This document shows positions 30,611-41,068 of a stretch of DNA of 64,000 nucleotides, in pieces. The notes beneath the pieces were generated by a model. The model was not told where the DNA came from. It ran no database searches and saw nothing but the letters and a program-made list of their open reading frames with translations. A program made the translations under genes and the position numbers. Positions within the stretch are counted from its first letter, which is position 1. Each line of letters begins with the position of its first letter. Source of the stretch: Desulfobacterales bacterium (GTDB taxonomy: Bacteria > Desulfobacterota > Desulfobacteria > Desulfobacterales > UBA5852); assembly GCA_963674755.2 (NCBI GenBank), contig CAXXVS010000003.1, positions 1,408,001-1,472,000 of the forward strand, written 5' to 3'.

Positions 30611-30740
30611 TCAAATTTTCTTGCCAAACGCCTGGCGGGCCAGTTTGCGATTGCGGGGGCGGTAGCTGCCGTCGGCTTTTTCCCCCGCATGACTTGCTCC
30701 ATCAGCTTGAGAATTTCATGCCTTGGGGTTCACCGTGTTA
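30611..30740 (-). pseudogene. Third, decayed copy of the radical SAM gene 3' end
   Basis: Aligns with 38100-38230 from the stop codon; encodes ..RPRNRKLARQAFGKKI*; small indels upstream. Confidence 0.85.
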
Positions 30741-30810
30741 TCTAGCTTTAAAACCTCCAGCTTCCCAAAGAGAATGCACCCCTTTCAGATAAGCTCGCCG
30801 GAGCACGGCA

Positions 30811-31518
30811 CTAACTTGCCTTTCCAGCCAGAAACTCCATGACGAATTTAATGTGATCGCGCATGATATCGTAGGCCAGCTGGGTGTCGTGTTGACGGAT
30901 GGCGTCCAGAACACCGGTGTGCTGATCTATAATAGTATCAAGATTGGACTTTTCTTCGTACAGATGTACGTGGCTGCGTTGAATTCCGTAGTAGAGCAGG
31001 TCGTAGAAGTTTTTCATCATGTGGATTTGAACGCGGTTCTTGGAAGCATAGGCAATGCCCATGTGAAAACGTACATCGGCCTCGTGCCCCATGTTGCCTT
31101 GGGCCACCAGCTCGGTCATTTCTTCCATGACACTGCTCAGGTAGGCAATGTCTTCGCTGGTGGCCTTGCGGGCCGCAAGCACGGCCGCGTTGCACTCCAG
31201 GCCGAGGCGGAATTCCAATAGCTCTTGAATGGAAATATCATCGCCAAGTACGGTTTTCAGCGGATTGTCTGACTGGCCGGGTTTGGGCAGGCGCACAAAA
31301 GTACCCATACCTTGGCGGTTTTCGATCAGGTTACGGTCAACCAGCTTGTTAATGGCCTCGCGTACCGAGTTGCGGCTGACATTGAAGGCCTCGGCCAGCT
31401 CGCGTTCGGGCAGCAGCTTTTCCCCGGGCCGCAGCTGTCCTCTGTATATAAGATCCTGAATCTGCTCAAAAACATGATCCGAGATTTTTCTGGGCCTGAT
31501 TTCTTTAAAAAGGTTCAT
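30811..31518 (-). CDS. FadR/GntR regulator (LldR-like by context)
   Basis: PGEKLLPERELAEAFNVSRNSVRE; FCD domain; divergent from lactate genes. Confidence 0.9.
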   Translation of the reverse strand: MNLFKEIRPRKISDHVFEQIQDLIYRGQLRPGEKLLPERELAEAFNVSRNSVREAINKLVDRNLIENRQGMGTFVRLPKPGQSDNPLKTVLGDDISIQELLEFRLGLECNAAVLAARKATSEDIAYLSSVMEEMTELVAQGNMGHEADVRFHMGIAYASKNRVQIHMMKNFYDLLYYGIQRSHVHLYEEKSNLDTIIDQHTGVLDAIRQHDTQLAYDIMRDHIKFVMEFLAGKAS

Positions 31519-31864
31519 TAAATCGTTTCCTATTGCGGGGTGTTTCGGGTCGATGCTGCCAGCAGCAGCACTATAGATGCGCACCTGAATAATTTCAAGC
31601 GACGGTGTGGCCGCAGATCCTTCGATGCACGTAGAAAAATTTAAAGTCCTACCATAGATCCCATTATTATAAATCAGATAACTATCTTAAAAAACATAAA
31701 ATATAAATTATTTAAAATTTATGATTGACATTAATTTAATTATTGATTTATTTAGGTTCTAAAAAAGAACCAATAAGTAAGAGGCCATTTTTAAATCCGA
31801 AGGCTGGCATAAATGCTTGGTGCTGCCGGTCTTTCAACGCAACAAAAAAGGGAGGTTCGCTATC

Positions 31865-33013
31865 ATGAAGAAAGCAATCACAGCCGGATTGGTCGTTTTG
31901 ATGTTCGCTGCCTTCACTGTTTCCAGTGGTTATGCCGCCCGGGAAAAATTCGGGGTGGATGACCGCCACAAAGTTGCCCAGCGGGTCAATTTCAAACCTT
32001 CTACCGAAAAAATCCGCTGGAAAATGGTCATGCCCTGGTCCAAGGGGCTGCTCTTTTACGATGTCGCGGTTCACTTTGCCGACAGCGTGCGCCTGGCTTC
32101 CGCCGGCCGTCTGGATATAAAGCCGTTTTCAGCAAACGAGCTGGTGCCGGCCATGCAGAGTTTCGACGCTGTCAGCCAAGGATCAGCCCAGGTTGGTCAC
32201 GATTGGCCGGGTTACTGGAAGGGCAAGAATGAGGCCTTTGTGCCGCTGGGGGACGTTCCCTTCGGATTGGACCCGGAAGGCTACAATATCTGGCTGTATG
32301 AAAAAGGCGGTCTGGGAATGATGCAGGAGCTTTACGGCCGTTACAACCTGGTGGCTTTACCCTGCGGCCAGACCGGCCAAGACATGGGATTGTTTTCAAA
32401 TAAACGGGCCACCAAAATGGAGGATTTCAAAGGTCTGCGTGTGCGAACCGTGGGCTGGTATATGGATATCCTCAATGAACTGGGCGCTTCGGTCAGCCCT
32501 CTGCCCGGTGGTGAAGTATATCTGTCCCTGGAACGCGGTGTCATTGATGCCGCCGAATTCTCGGCGCCAGCCATGAACTACCCCATGGGATTCGACGAAA
32601 TTACCAAGTATGTCATCGAACCCGGTGTCCATCAACCTGGAAGCCAATGCGTCATTTTCTTCAACAAGGACGCTTATGACAAGCTTCCCGAAGATCTGAA
32701 ATACATCATCGATATCTGTGCCAAGGAGACCCAGTTGTGGTCCATCAACTGGATCAATAACCTCAATGCCGAAGCGATCAATCGGTTTGCCAAGAAAGTT
32801 GAAATCGTCCAGATGGACAAGGATACCCTCATCCAATTCCGTAAGACGACCCATGACTATGTTGAGAGTTTGAAAGCCAAGTATCCTGATGTGAAGAAAA
32901 TCGTGGAGTCCCAGGAAGCCTTTGTGGAGTCATTTGCCCCATGGCGCCGAGCACGCGGCAACGTGACCCCCTGGCCGTACGAAGATTACATTAACGGAAC
33001 CATGCAACAGTAG
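31865..33013 (+). CDS. dctP: TRAP substrate-binding protein (lactate/2-oxoacid type)
   Basis: Signal peptide; FDAVSQG, YWKGK, DFKGLRVR, EVYLSLERGVIDAAEF. Confidence 0.9.
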   Translation: MKKAITAGLVVLMFAAFTVSSGYAAREKFGVDDRHKVAQRVNFKPSTEKIRWKMVMPWSKGLLFYDVAVHFADSVRLASAGRLDIKPFSANELVPAMQSFDAVSQGSAQVGHDWPGYWKGKNEAFVPLGDVPFGLDPEGYNIWLYEKGGLGMMQELYGRYNLVALPCGQTGQDMGLFSNKRATKMEDFKGLRVRTVGWYMDILNELGASVSPLPGGEVYLSLERGVIDAAEFSAPAMNYPMGFDEITKYVIEPGVHQPGSQCVIFFNKDAYDKLPEDLKYIIDICAKETQLWSINWINNLNAEAINRFAKKVEIVQMDKDTLIQFRKTTHDYVESLKAKYPDVKKIVESQEAFVESFAPWRRARGNVTPWPYEDYINGTMQQ

Positions 33014-33085
33014 TGATTTACAGGCAAACACTCCGGGGCGGCGGGACGCCGTGGACGAGTGCCGACCTTTTTTACCGCGGCAACC

Positions 33086-33116
33086 CCCTTGCCCGTTACC
33101 CGGAGGCGGGCAAGGG
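33086..33116 (+). terminator. Intercistronic hairpin after dctP
   Basis: CCCTTGCCCG/CGGGCAAGGG 10-bp stem. Confidence 0.4.
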
Positions 33117-33156
33117 CGGCCTTGCCCAGACGGCAATCTGGTTTAGAGGTGATTTC

Positions 33157-33663
33157 ATGCTGGAACAAGTCAGCGCAATAATAGATGGATTCAACCGCAA
33201 GGAGGGTGAATGGAGTGCCCTGTTAATTCTTCCTTTGACCGTCGTGGTGATTTACGAGGTGATCATGCGGTATGCTTTCGACGCACCTACGATCTGGGGT
33301 TTCGAGGCAACGACATTCATCTATGGTATCCATTTCATGCTCGGCCTGGCTTATTGCGATGTGGAGGATGGACATGTCAAGGTAGATATTTTTACTTCCC
33401 GTATGAGCCATAAAGCCCAGGCTCTTCTCGTCATTCTGACCAACCTGATTATCTTTCTGCCCGTGTTTACCTGCGTAACCATCTGGGCCTGGAAGTATGC
33501 CATTACATCCACCATGCAACTGGAGCTCAACTCGACAAGCTGGGCGCCGCCCGTGTGGCCGATCAAACTGATTATGGCTGTGGCGTTTACCTTTCTCTTG
33601 CTGCAAGGCGTTTCCACGGTAATAAAAGCGGTCAATACAATTACTTCCGCTCGTAAGGCCTGA
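33157..33663 (+). CDS. dctQ: TRAP small permease
   Basis: YEVIMRYAFDAPTIW, GHVKVDIF; 4 TM helices. Confidence 0.92.
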   Translation: MLEQVSAIIDGFNRKEGEWSALLILPLTVVVIYEVIMRYAFDAPTIWGFEATTFIYGIHFMLGLAYCDVEDGHVKVDIFTSRMSHKAQALLVILTNLIIFLPVFTCVTIWAWKYAITSTMQLELNSTSWAPPVWPIKLIMAVAFTFLLLQGVSTVIKAVNTITSARKA

Positions 33664-33686
33664 GCCGTGCTGGAGGTATAATCATC

Positions 33687-35030
33687 ATGAGTTTGGAACT
33701 ACTCACCCTGGCGATGTTCGTGACGCTGATTCTGTCCATCGCTCTTGGGCACCAACTGGCCTTCACCCTGGCAGGAGTGGCAACCCTGTTCGGGCTGATC
33801 GACAATGGATTCAATATTCCAGGATTGTTCGACCTGTATGCCAACAACGTTTGGGGGCTGATGAACAACTACACCCTGGTGGCCGTGCCCTTGTTCATCT
33901 TCATGGCCCAGTTGCTTGACCAGTCCAAAGTGGCCGAGGCTCTTTTCGAATCCCTGTATGTGGTCCTGGGCGGGATTAAAGGCGGGCTTGGCTTGGCCGT
34001 GGTGGTGGTCTGCACGGTGTTTGCAGCGACCACGGGCATCATCGGCGCCTCCGTAGTGGCCATGGGTTTGTTGGCCACACCGGCCCTGATGAACAAGGGC
34101 TATCAGAAAGAGATGGCCAGCGGCATCATTTGTGCGTCCGGCACTCTGGGCATCCTGATTCCGCCAAGCATCATGATGGTGGTGTATGCCGGCCTGACCG
34201 GGCTCAAGGAGACCTCAGTGGGCAACCTGTTTGCCGGCGCCATCTTTCCGGGACTGCTGCTGTCGGGGCTCTATTTTTTCTACATCGTGCTGCGCTGCAA
34301 TATAAACCCGAAGCTGGGCCCGCCCATTACACGCGAGGAAGCCAGCAAGTACACCCCCGCCCAAAAATGGTCCATGACCTTGAAATCGCTGTTGCCGCCC
34401 CTGGGGCTGATTTTGATGGTCATGGGCACCATCCTGGCCGGCGTGGCCACGGCCACTGAGGCCGCCGGCATGGGCGCACTGGGGGCTTTTCTTCTGGCGC
34501 TGTTCAACAAAGCCATCAGTTGGGATGTGATCCGCAAATCCAGCATGGCCACCCTAAAGACCACGGCCATGGTGATGATGCTCTTTATCGGCGGCACCTT
34601 TTTTTCAACGGTCTTTCTCAGCATGGGAGGCGGCGACGTGGTCGCCGACCTGTTCATCGGCAGCGGTATGAATCCCTGGTTAGCCCTGGGCATCATGATG
34701 CTCATCATATTCATCCTGGGCATGTTCATCGACTGGGCCGCCATTCTTTTAGTCACCGTGCCTATATTCATGCCCATCGCCATGGAACTGGGATTCGATC
34801 CCCTCTGGTTTGCCATCCTGATGTGCGTGAACTTGCAGACCTCCTTCCTGACGCCGCCCTTCGGCTATGCCTTGTTTTACTTTAAGGGCGTGGCGCCACC
34901 GGAGTACAACATCATGCATATCTATAAAGGAATCATCCCCTTTGTAGGAATCCAAATTCTGGGGCTGGTTGTTCTCGCGTTGTTTCCGGGTATCTGCACC
35001 TGGCTTCCGTCGTTCTTTTTCGGTGGGTAG
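33687..35030 (+). CDS. dctM: TRAP large permease
   Basis: AVPLFIFM, GTLGILIPPS, FLTPPFG. Confidence 0.95.
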   Translation: MSLELLTLAMFVTLILSIALGHQLAFTLAGVATLFGLIDNGFNIPGLFDLYANNVWGLMNNYTLVAVPLFIFMAQLLDQSKVAEALFESLYVVLGGIKGGLGLAVVVVCTVFAATTGIIGASVVAMGLLATPALMNKGYQKEMASGIICASGTLGILIPPSIMMVVYAGLTGLKETSVGNLFAGAIFPGLLLSGLYFFYIVLRCNINPKLGPPITREEASKYTPAQKWSMTLKSLLPPLGLILMVMGTILAGVATATEAAGMGALGAFLLALFNKAISWDVIRKSSMATLKTTAMVMMLFIGGTFFSTVFLSMGGGDVVADLFIGSGMNPWLALGIMMLIIFILGMFIDWAAILLVTVPIFMPIAMELGFDPLWFAILMCVNLQTSFLTPPFGYALFYFKGVAPPEYNIMHIYKGIIPFVGIQILGLVVLALFPGICTWLPSFFFGG

Positions 35031-35196
35031 CGTGGAAATGTCAGGTTGGCATGCCATCTCAAGGAGAGGTCGATCCGAGCGGTTCGAATTGTGACGGTAA
35101 ACATCGCCCAGGAATAGAATGGCAATGCTTGAAACCCGTTCGACCCACGCCCAATCTTCCTGTCCTGGCAGGAAACAGCCAAGCATGGGGACAGTC

Positions 35197-35823
35197 ATGG
35201 AGAACACACAAATACTGGTCCAAACGTTTACCGCCGCAGCCGAAAAGGTGTCCGCCGCCGTGTCCCGGGTGTCCACCATGGCGCAGGCCTATGACTACGC
35301 CGTGGAGCTTTGCGAGCGTAAAGAAGCCTGCCAGTTGCTGATCGCCGGCTGCCAGGAATCCCTTTCCGCCCCGGCGGACACGCTTTGCCGTCATAAGCAG
35401 AAAAAGGTAATCGCCGCGCCCCTTCTCGCATCAAACGACGCCGCGCAGATGAAGGCGCTGTGCCAAGCGCGCGGCATCGTATTCATCCGCAGCGGAGTGC
35501 GCGACCACCTGGCCGGCGTCGACATCGGGTTCACCGTGGCCGAATATGGCATTGCCGAAACCGGCACCTTGGTCCTTGACGCCTCCAGCGAAGAACTTCG
35601 CCTGGCCACCATGGTCAGCGAAGTGCATGTGGCCGTATTGCCCATCAATCGGCTGCGCGCCACGTCCCTTCACCTGGAAGCGGAACTGGCGCAAATCATG
35701 AGCGCGGCGCCCAATTACTGCGCGTTCATCACCGGCGCCAGCCGTACAGCCGATATCGAGCGTGTTCTGGCGCTCGGCGTCCACGGCCCACTTGAATTGC
35801 ACATTCTCTTGATGGAGACCTAG
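35197..35823 (+). CDS. Lactate utilization LUD-domain protein (LutC/YkgG-like)
   Basis: GIAETGTL, FITGASRTADIERVLALGVHGP. Confidence 0.9.
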   Translation: MENTQILVQTFTAAAEKVSAAVSRVSTMAQAYDYAVELCERKEACQLLIAGCQESLSAPADTLCRHKQKKVIAAPLLASNDAAQMKALCQARGIVFIRSGVRDHLAGVDIGFTVAEYGIAETGTLVLDASSEELRLATMVSEVHVAVLPINRLRATSLHLEAELAQIMSAAPNYCAFITGASRTADIERVLALGVHGPLELHILLMET

Positions 35824-35826
35824 CTC

Positions 35827-37983
35827 ATGCAAACTGCCCGCAACCTGAAAACCTACCGCAAGGAAGTGGCCAAAGCGCTCAGCAACGATTTTCAGCGCCA
35901 GGCCATGGACAAGTTTGCCGTGGCCTACCGGAATTCGCGTGACAACGCCTTTGCCGACCTGGATTCGGAGGCGCTGGTGGCGGAAATCGCCCGAATAAAA
36001 GACCATGCCCTGGAACGGTTGGACGATCTCTTCGCCCGGTTCAAGGAAAACGCTGAAAAGATCGGCGTCCAGGTCCACCTGGCCCGCACCGCCGAAGAGG
36101 CCAACGCGCTCGTTGCCAGCATTGCCGAAGAGAACCAGGTCCAGCGCATTGTCAAATCCAAATCCATGACCGCTGAAGAAACCCTGCTCAACCACTACTT
36201 GGAGGCCAGGGGGCTGGAAGTAACGGAAACCGACCTGGGCGAATGGATTATCCAACTACGCGGCGAAGGCCCCTCCCATATGGTAATGCCGGCGATCCAT
36301 CTTTCGCGCTTTCAGGTGGCCGACCTGTTCAGCGACGTCACGGGTAAAGCACAGGACGCCGAAATCGAGCGGCTGGTCAAGGTGGCCCGCCGTGAACTGC
36401 GGCGGAAATATGTGGAGGCCGATATGGGCATCAGCGGGGCCAACTTCGCCTTGGCCGAAACCGGCACCATCGGGCTCACCACCAACGAGGGCAATGCCCG
36501 TCTGGTGACCACCCTGCCGCGGGTACATGTGGCGCTGGTGGGCATCGATAAACTGCTGCCCGGGCTGGGAGACGCCCTTCGGATCAACAAGGTTTTGCCT
36601 CGGAATGCCACCGGCCAGGCCATCACGTCTTACGTCACCTGGATCACCGGAGCCAATGCCTGCGGTCCAGCTCCGGGAGGCAAAAAGATCATGCACATCG
36701 TTTTCCTGGACAACGGACGCAGCCGGATGGCCGGCGATCCCGACTTCGCTCAGGTGCTGCGTTGCGTTCGCTGCGGGGCCTGCGCCAATGTCTGCCCGGT
36801 CTACCGCATGGTAGGCGGACACCAGTACGGCCATATCTACATTGGAGCCATCGGCCTGATCCTGACCTACTTCTTGCACGGCCGCGACAAGGCCCGTAAC
36901 CTGGTGCAGAACTGCATCAACTGCGGCGCCTGCAAGGAGATCTGCGCCGCCGGTATCGATCTGCCGCGATTGATAAAGGCCGTGCACGCTAGAGTTCAGG
37001 ATGAGGAGGGTCACCCCCTGCAAAGCCTTCTGCTGGGGAAGCTGCTCAAAAACCGCAAACTTTTCCACAGCTTGTTGCAAACTGCGCGCACGGCCCAGAA
37101 ACCGCTTACCGGCGGCACGCCCTACCTGCGCCACCTGCCCATGATCGTTTCCGGGGAGCACAACTTTCGCCGCCTCCCGGCCATTGCTCCCAGAGCCTTC
37201 CGCGACTTGTGGCCAGGATTGCGTTCTCGGGTCAAGAACCCTGTGCTTCGGGTTGGACTCTTTTCCGGTTGCGTACAGGATTTCGTCTATCCGGAACAGC
37301 TCGTGGCGGGGGTGGACGTATTGGCCAAACATAAGGTGGCTGTAGAATTCCCCATGCAGCAGTCCTGCTGCGGTCTACCGGTGGAGATGATGGGCGAAGT
37401 GGATGCGGCCCGCCATGTGGCGGCCCAGAATGTGCTGGCCATGTCCAAAGGGGAATTCGACTACATCATTACCCTGTGCGCTTCCTGCGCTTCCCACCTG
37501 ATCCACGCCTATCCACGGTTGCTGGTCGATGATCCCGCGCTGGAGAAAAAGGCTAAAACCATGGCGGCGAAGGTAGTGCCATTCAGCGTCCTGATGAACG
37601 ATGTCTTGACTGTGGGCCAAACCGCCTCCAACGGTCCGAGGACTGCCACCACCTACCATGCGCCCTGCCACCTATGCCGCGGGTTGCATGTAAAAAAGGC
37701 TCCTCGCGAGCTGATCCGCAAAGTTGGGTTGGATTTCCGACCGGCCGACGAGGAGCAGACCTGCTGCGGTTTCGGCGGCACCTATTCGAGCAAGTTCCCG
37801 AAAATTTCGGCCCAAATTCTTGAGAAAAAACTTGAGGATGCGGCGGCAACAGGTGCACGACAGCTGGTCACCGAGTGCCCCGGCTGCATCCTGCAACTGC
37901 GTGGGGGGGTCCAACAGCGTGGTATGGATTTACGGGTAATGCATATTGCGGAAATGATATGGAATTGTGAGCGGCACGCTTAA
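35827..37983 (+). CDS. L-lactate dehydrogenase large subunit (LutB-like LUD + 2x[4Fe-4S] + CCG domains; LdhH type)
   Basis: KSKSMTAEE, ETDLGEW, CVRCGACANVCP, CINCGACKEIC, SCCG, TCCGFGG. Confidence 0.9.
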   Translation: MQTARNLKTYRKEVAKALSNDFQRQAMDKFAVAYRNSRDNAFADLDSEALVAEIARIKDHALERLDDLFARFKENAEKIGVQVHLARTAEEANALVASIAEENQVQRIVKSKSMTAEETLLNHYLEARGLEVTETDLGEWIIQLRGEGPSHMVMPAIHLSRFQVADLFSDVTGKAQDAEIERLVKVARRELRRKYVEADMGISGANFALAETGTIGLTTNEGNARLVTTLPRVHVALVGIDKLLPGLGDALRINKVLPRNATGQAITSYVTWITGANACGPAPGGKKIMHIVFLDNGRSRMAGDPDFAQVLRCVRCGACANVCPVYRMVGGHQYGHIYIGAIGLILTYFLHGRDKARNLVQNCINCGACKEICAAGIDLPRLIKAVHARVQDEEGHPLQSLLLGKLLKNRKLFHSLLQTARTAQKPLTGGTPYLRHLPMIVSGEHNFRRLPAIAPRAFRDLWPGLRSRVKNPVLRVGLFSGCVQDFVYPEQLVAGVDVLAKHKVAVEFPMQQSCCGLPVEMMGEVDAARHVAAQNVLAMSKGEFDYIITLCASCASHLIHAYPRLLVDDPALEKKAKTMAAKVVPFSVLMNDVLTVGQTASNGPRTATTYHAPCHLCRGLHVKKAPRELIRKVGLDFRPADEEQTCCGFGGTYSSKFPKISAQILEKKLEDAAATGARQLVTECPGCILQLRGGVQQRGMDLRVMHIAEMIWNCERHA

Positions 37984-38099
37984 AGCAGATTCATTGTATC
38001 GTCCCACTCTTGGGACCCTACCGCATAAGTAACGAAAGACAGACGATGGGTGACACAGTTTAGTCCATTTCTTTGGTTTGATACGATCCGACGCGTCCT

Positions 38100-39359
38100 T
38101 CAAATTTTCCTGCCAAAGGCCTGCCTGGCCAGTTTGCGGTTGCGCGGCCGGTAGGTGCCGTCGGCCTTTTCCCGCCGCATGACCTGCTCCATCAGCTTGA
38201 ACATCTTCATGCGCTGGGGCTCATCGTGGTAGAAGGTCCGCCAGGCATAGTCCAGCAGTTCCTGCAGCTTTTCCGGCGCCATCTGGCGGGGCTGGTAGAC
38301 CACCTTGTCGGCGGTGTACTGGTCCCAGTCGTAAGTCAGGATGCGTTTTTGCTCGTGCAGCTCCTCGTAAGCCCGGGTGTGGGGAAAGGGGGTCAGCACG
38401 GTGAACTCGGCCAGGTCCAGATCGATTTCCAGGAGAAAATCCACCAGGCGTTTGATGCTGTCCTCGGTGTGGCTGTCCAGGCCCAACAGGATGGTGCCCT
38501 CCACGCCGATGCCGTGGTCGTGGTAGCGCCTGATGCGGTCCCGGATGGTGTCCGAGCAGTCGAAGACCGCCTGATAGACGTACCAGGCCCCGGCTTGGGC
38601 GGCCAGGTCGAGCACGTCCGGCTTGTCCTCGATGGGATGGCTGCACCACTTCTTCTTCAGCGGGATCATCTCCCGGAAGAGGTCCCGCTCCCACTGGGTG
38701 TCCTGGGCCAGGGAGTTGTCCACGATAAAGAGGCGGTTGTTGTCGATGGCGGCCATTTCGGCAATGGTCTTCTCGATGGGCCGGGGACGGAAATGCCGGC
38801 CTCCCAGGAAGGCCACGCAGCAGGGGTAACAGTTGAAGCGGCATCCCCGGGAGGCATGCACCAGGTCCACCATCTGGATGCCCTTGTAGTTGTAAAGATC
38901 GCGGTCCAGGATGTCCCGGCGGGCCGTGCCCACCCATTCGATGGGGGGCCGGTCGTCCAGATAGTCGTAGACCGGCTTGAGGCGATCGTGCCGGAAATCG
39001 TCGATCACCCCCGGCATGCGCCCCTCGGCTTCTCCTAGAAAGACACTGTCGGCATGCCGTTGGGTTTCTTCAGCATGCAGCATGGTGGCGATGCCGCCGA
39101 AGATCACCTTGACGCCCCGGGCCCGGTAGGCATCGGCGATCTCCCAGCCCCGTTTGACCTGGATCGTCAGCATCATGGAGATGCCCACCATGTCCACCGG
39201 CTCGTCGAAGTCGATGGTCTGCAGGTTTTCATCGATGAAGTCCACCGCGATGTCCTCGGGCAGGCTGGCGGCGAAGACCACCGGGCCGTGGGGGGGCAGG
39301 TGAAACTCGGTTTGCTGGTACAGCTTGGCCCAGCGGGGATAGATGATGCGGAATTTCAT
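38100..39359 (-). CDS. B12-binding domain / radical SAM protein
   Basis: IFGGIAT..VFLGEAE B12-type domain; SRGCRFNCYPC; LTPFPHT. Confidence 0.9.
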   Translation of the reverse strand: MKFRIIYPRWAKLYQQTEFHLPPHGPVVFAASLPEDIAVDFIDENLQTIDFDEPVDMVGISMMLTIQVKRGWEIADAYRARGVKVIFGGIATMLHAEETQRHADSVFLGEAEGRMPGVIDDFRHDRLKPVYDYLDDRPPIEWVGTARRDILDRDLYNYKGIQMVDLVHASRGCRFNCYPCCVAFLGGRHFRPRPIEKTIAEMAAIDNNRLFIVDNSLAQDTQWERDLFREMIPLKKKWCSHPIEDKPDVLDLAAQAGAWYVYQAVFDCSDTIRDRIRRYHDHGIGVEGTILLGLDSHTEDSIKRLVDFLLEIDLDLAEFTVLTPFPHTRAYEELHEQKRILTYDWDQYTADKVVYQPRQMAPEKLQELLDYAWRTFYHDEPQRMKMFKLMEQVMRREKADGTYRPRNRKLARQAFGRKI

Positions 39360-39724
39360 CGGAATCGAAACCTCCTGTGGCGAATCGGGAATGACGATGC
39401 GTTTGCGGCTTATAGGTGATCGTCGTTAGCCCGATTATGCGTTTACGTTTAGCTATTAGCACCTTTCGTTGTGACGCCAGCGATGTCGATTTTCTTAGGG
39501 TTTGCGCCTTGATTCCCATTGGCGCACGCGGAAACTCACCCGCCTAGGGCAAGCCATCAGCGGGTTCAGACCGTCCGCGCGCCTTTTCCCATCCGCTCCG
39601 TCGATGCTCGGCGCGGAACAACGGGATGAAACCAGCGCCAAAATCCTTATAAAACAACCGCCCAATACATATCCAAAGCGGTCTGCTTTGGCGGGTGAAA
39701 CCGATCATCACGCTTGGTTGAATG

Positions 39725-40408
39725 CTATGGCCCGCTGCCCTGCTTGTCCAGCACCGGACGGGCCTCGACGAGCTCCAGATCGAGCTGGTAGGCGTTGGCT
39801 CCCATGGCTTCCAGATGGATGCGGCAGGGCACGGTCCCATGGCCCTCGACCCCGGGGGGGCGGCATTCACTGATTTCCACGCGGCGGATCATGCGCTGCC
39901 GGCGGTTGTAGCGTTCCAGAAGATAGGTCCCCTCCGGCCTGCGGATGACATCCAGGAAACCGTCCGCCAGGGCATAGCGGCAGGTCGGATTCCCCGAGGG
40001 ATTGATGCCGGTGGCGACGGGCTTTCCCCGGGGAGGGAAGAAGATCAGGCGGATGTCCTGCATCATCCCCCCGGCCAGGGTCGGCCGGTCAAAGGGCGGC
40101 AGCGCCCTGCGGATGGTGAGGGTCCCGTCGTCCCGGGCCTCGAACAGCCGCAGCCCCTCGATGGACAGCAAGGCGCATTCGATGGTGTTCGTAGCCGGTG
40201 AGAGGGATACGACCCCGAGCATGACGCCCCGGCGCCCGCCCGGCAGGTCCGTGGTGATGGTATGCACCATGCGCCAGGCGCGATGGGGAAAAGCGGCGTC
40301 ACAAACCGTCGCTACATCCCCGGGCGTCTGCTCCGCCGGCATGATGGGCGGCAGGCTGTGGCAGGCCATAATCAGCAGGGCAAACGACGGCAGCAGGAAG
40401 TGTTTCAT
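39725..40408 (-). CDS. Lipoprotein (DUF3261-like)
   Basis: Lipobox IMAC; follows the LolA-like gene. Confidence 0.7.
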   Translation of the reverse strand: MKHFLLPSFALLIMACHSLPPIMPAEQTPGDVATVCDAAFPHRAWRMVHTITTDLPGGRRGVMLGVVSLSPATNTIECALLSIEGLRLFEARDDGTLTIRRALPPFDRPTLAGGMMQDIRLIFFPPRGKPVATGINPSGNPTCRYALADGFLDVIRRPEGTYLLERYNRRQRMIRRVEISECRPPGVEGHGTVPCRIHLEAMGANAYQLDLELVEARPVLDKQGSGP

Positions 40409-41067
40409 GGGTGATCGGTAAACAGGGCGGGGTCCACGGGCTGGTTGACAACGACATCCGTGAACTGCAGCCGGGTGAAATTGTGGTCGTCCTCATAGAC
40501 CGTGACCGACTCGATGACCCCGGGGCTATCGGCCAGCTGCAGGACGATTTTCTGTATGACAGTGGAAAGCGCTTTTTTGCGCGGTGACAGGATGATACGC
40601 CCGCCGGGCTCCAGGCGGGCCTCGAACTCCGGATTTTCATCGAAGCGGCCGTTCATCCAGCGGCCGATTTCCTGCATCACGAAAGACATGGCCGGAAGGG
40701 CGGCGGAGGCATCTTCCGTCCAGGTCGGGCCGGTCTTGACGAAACGCTGCACCCGGCCCTCATTCATCAGCAGGACACTGGGCAGGGGGGCTTCATATTC
40801 CCAGCGCAGCCGGTCGGGTGCGGCAAAGATCAGCCGGCCGCGGGATACCAGGGGCTGCGCCAGAATCTGCAGGTGCTTCTCCTGGGTAAAAGCGGCCTGT
40901 ACGCTCCGGATGTCCCGGGCGGCGGCGTGGATGCTTTCCCAGGAGGTGGTCCAGCCCGCCGCGATCAGCAACAGGGCCGCGCCCGCCATAAATCCGATCC
41001 CGATCATAGCAGACCGTATGCGATCCCGCCGTCGCCCGTTGGGACGACCAACTCGTGGACGCTTCAT
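40405..41067 (-). CDS. LolA-family lipid/lipoprotein carrier-like protein
   Basis: SVQAAFTQEKHL..SRGRLIF..LRWEYEAP..DPALF. Confidence 0.85.
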   Translation of the reverse strand: MKRPRVGRPNGRRRDRIRSAMIGIGFMAGAALLLIAAGWTTSWESIHAAARDIRSVQAAFTQEKHLQILAQPLVSRGRLIFAAPDRLRWEYEAPLPSVLLMNEGRVQRFVKTGPTWTEDASAALPAMSFVMQEIGRWMNGRFDENPEFEARLEPGGRIILSPRKKALSTVIQKIVLQLADSPGVIESVTVYEDDHNFTRLQFTDVVVNQPVDPALFTDHP

Positions 41068-41068
41068 T

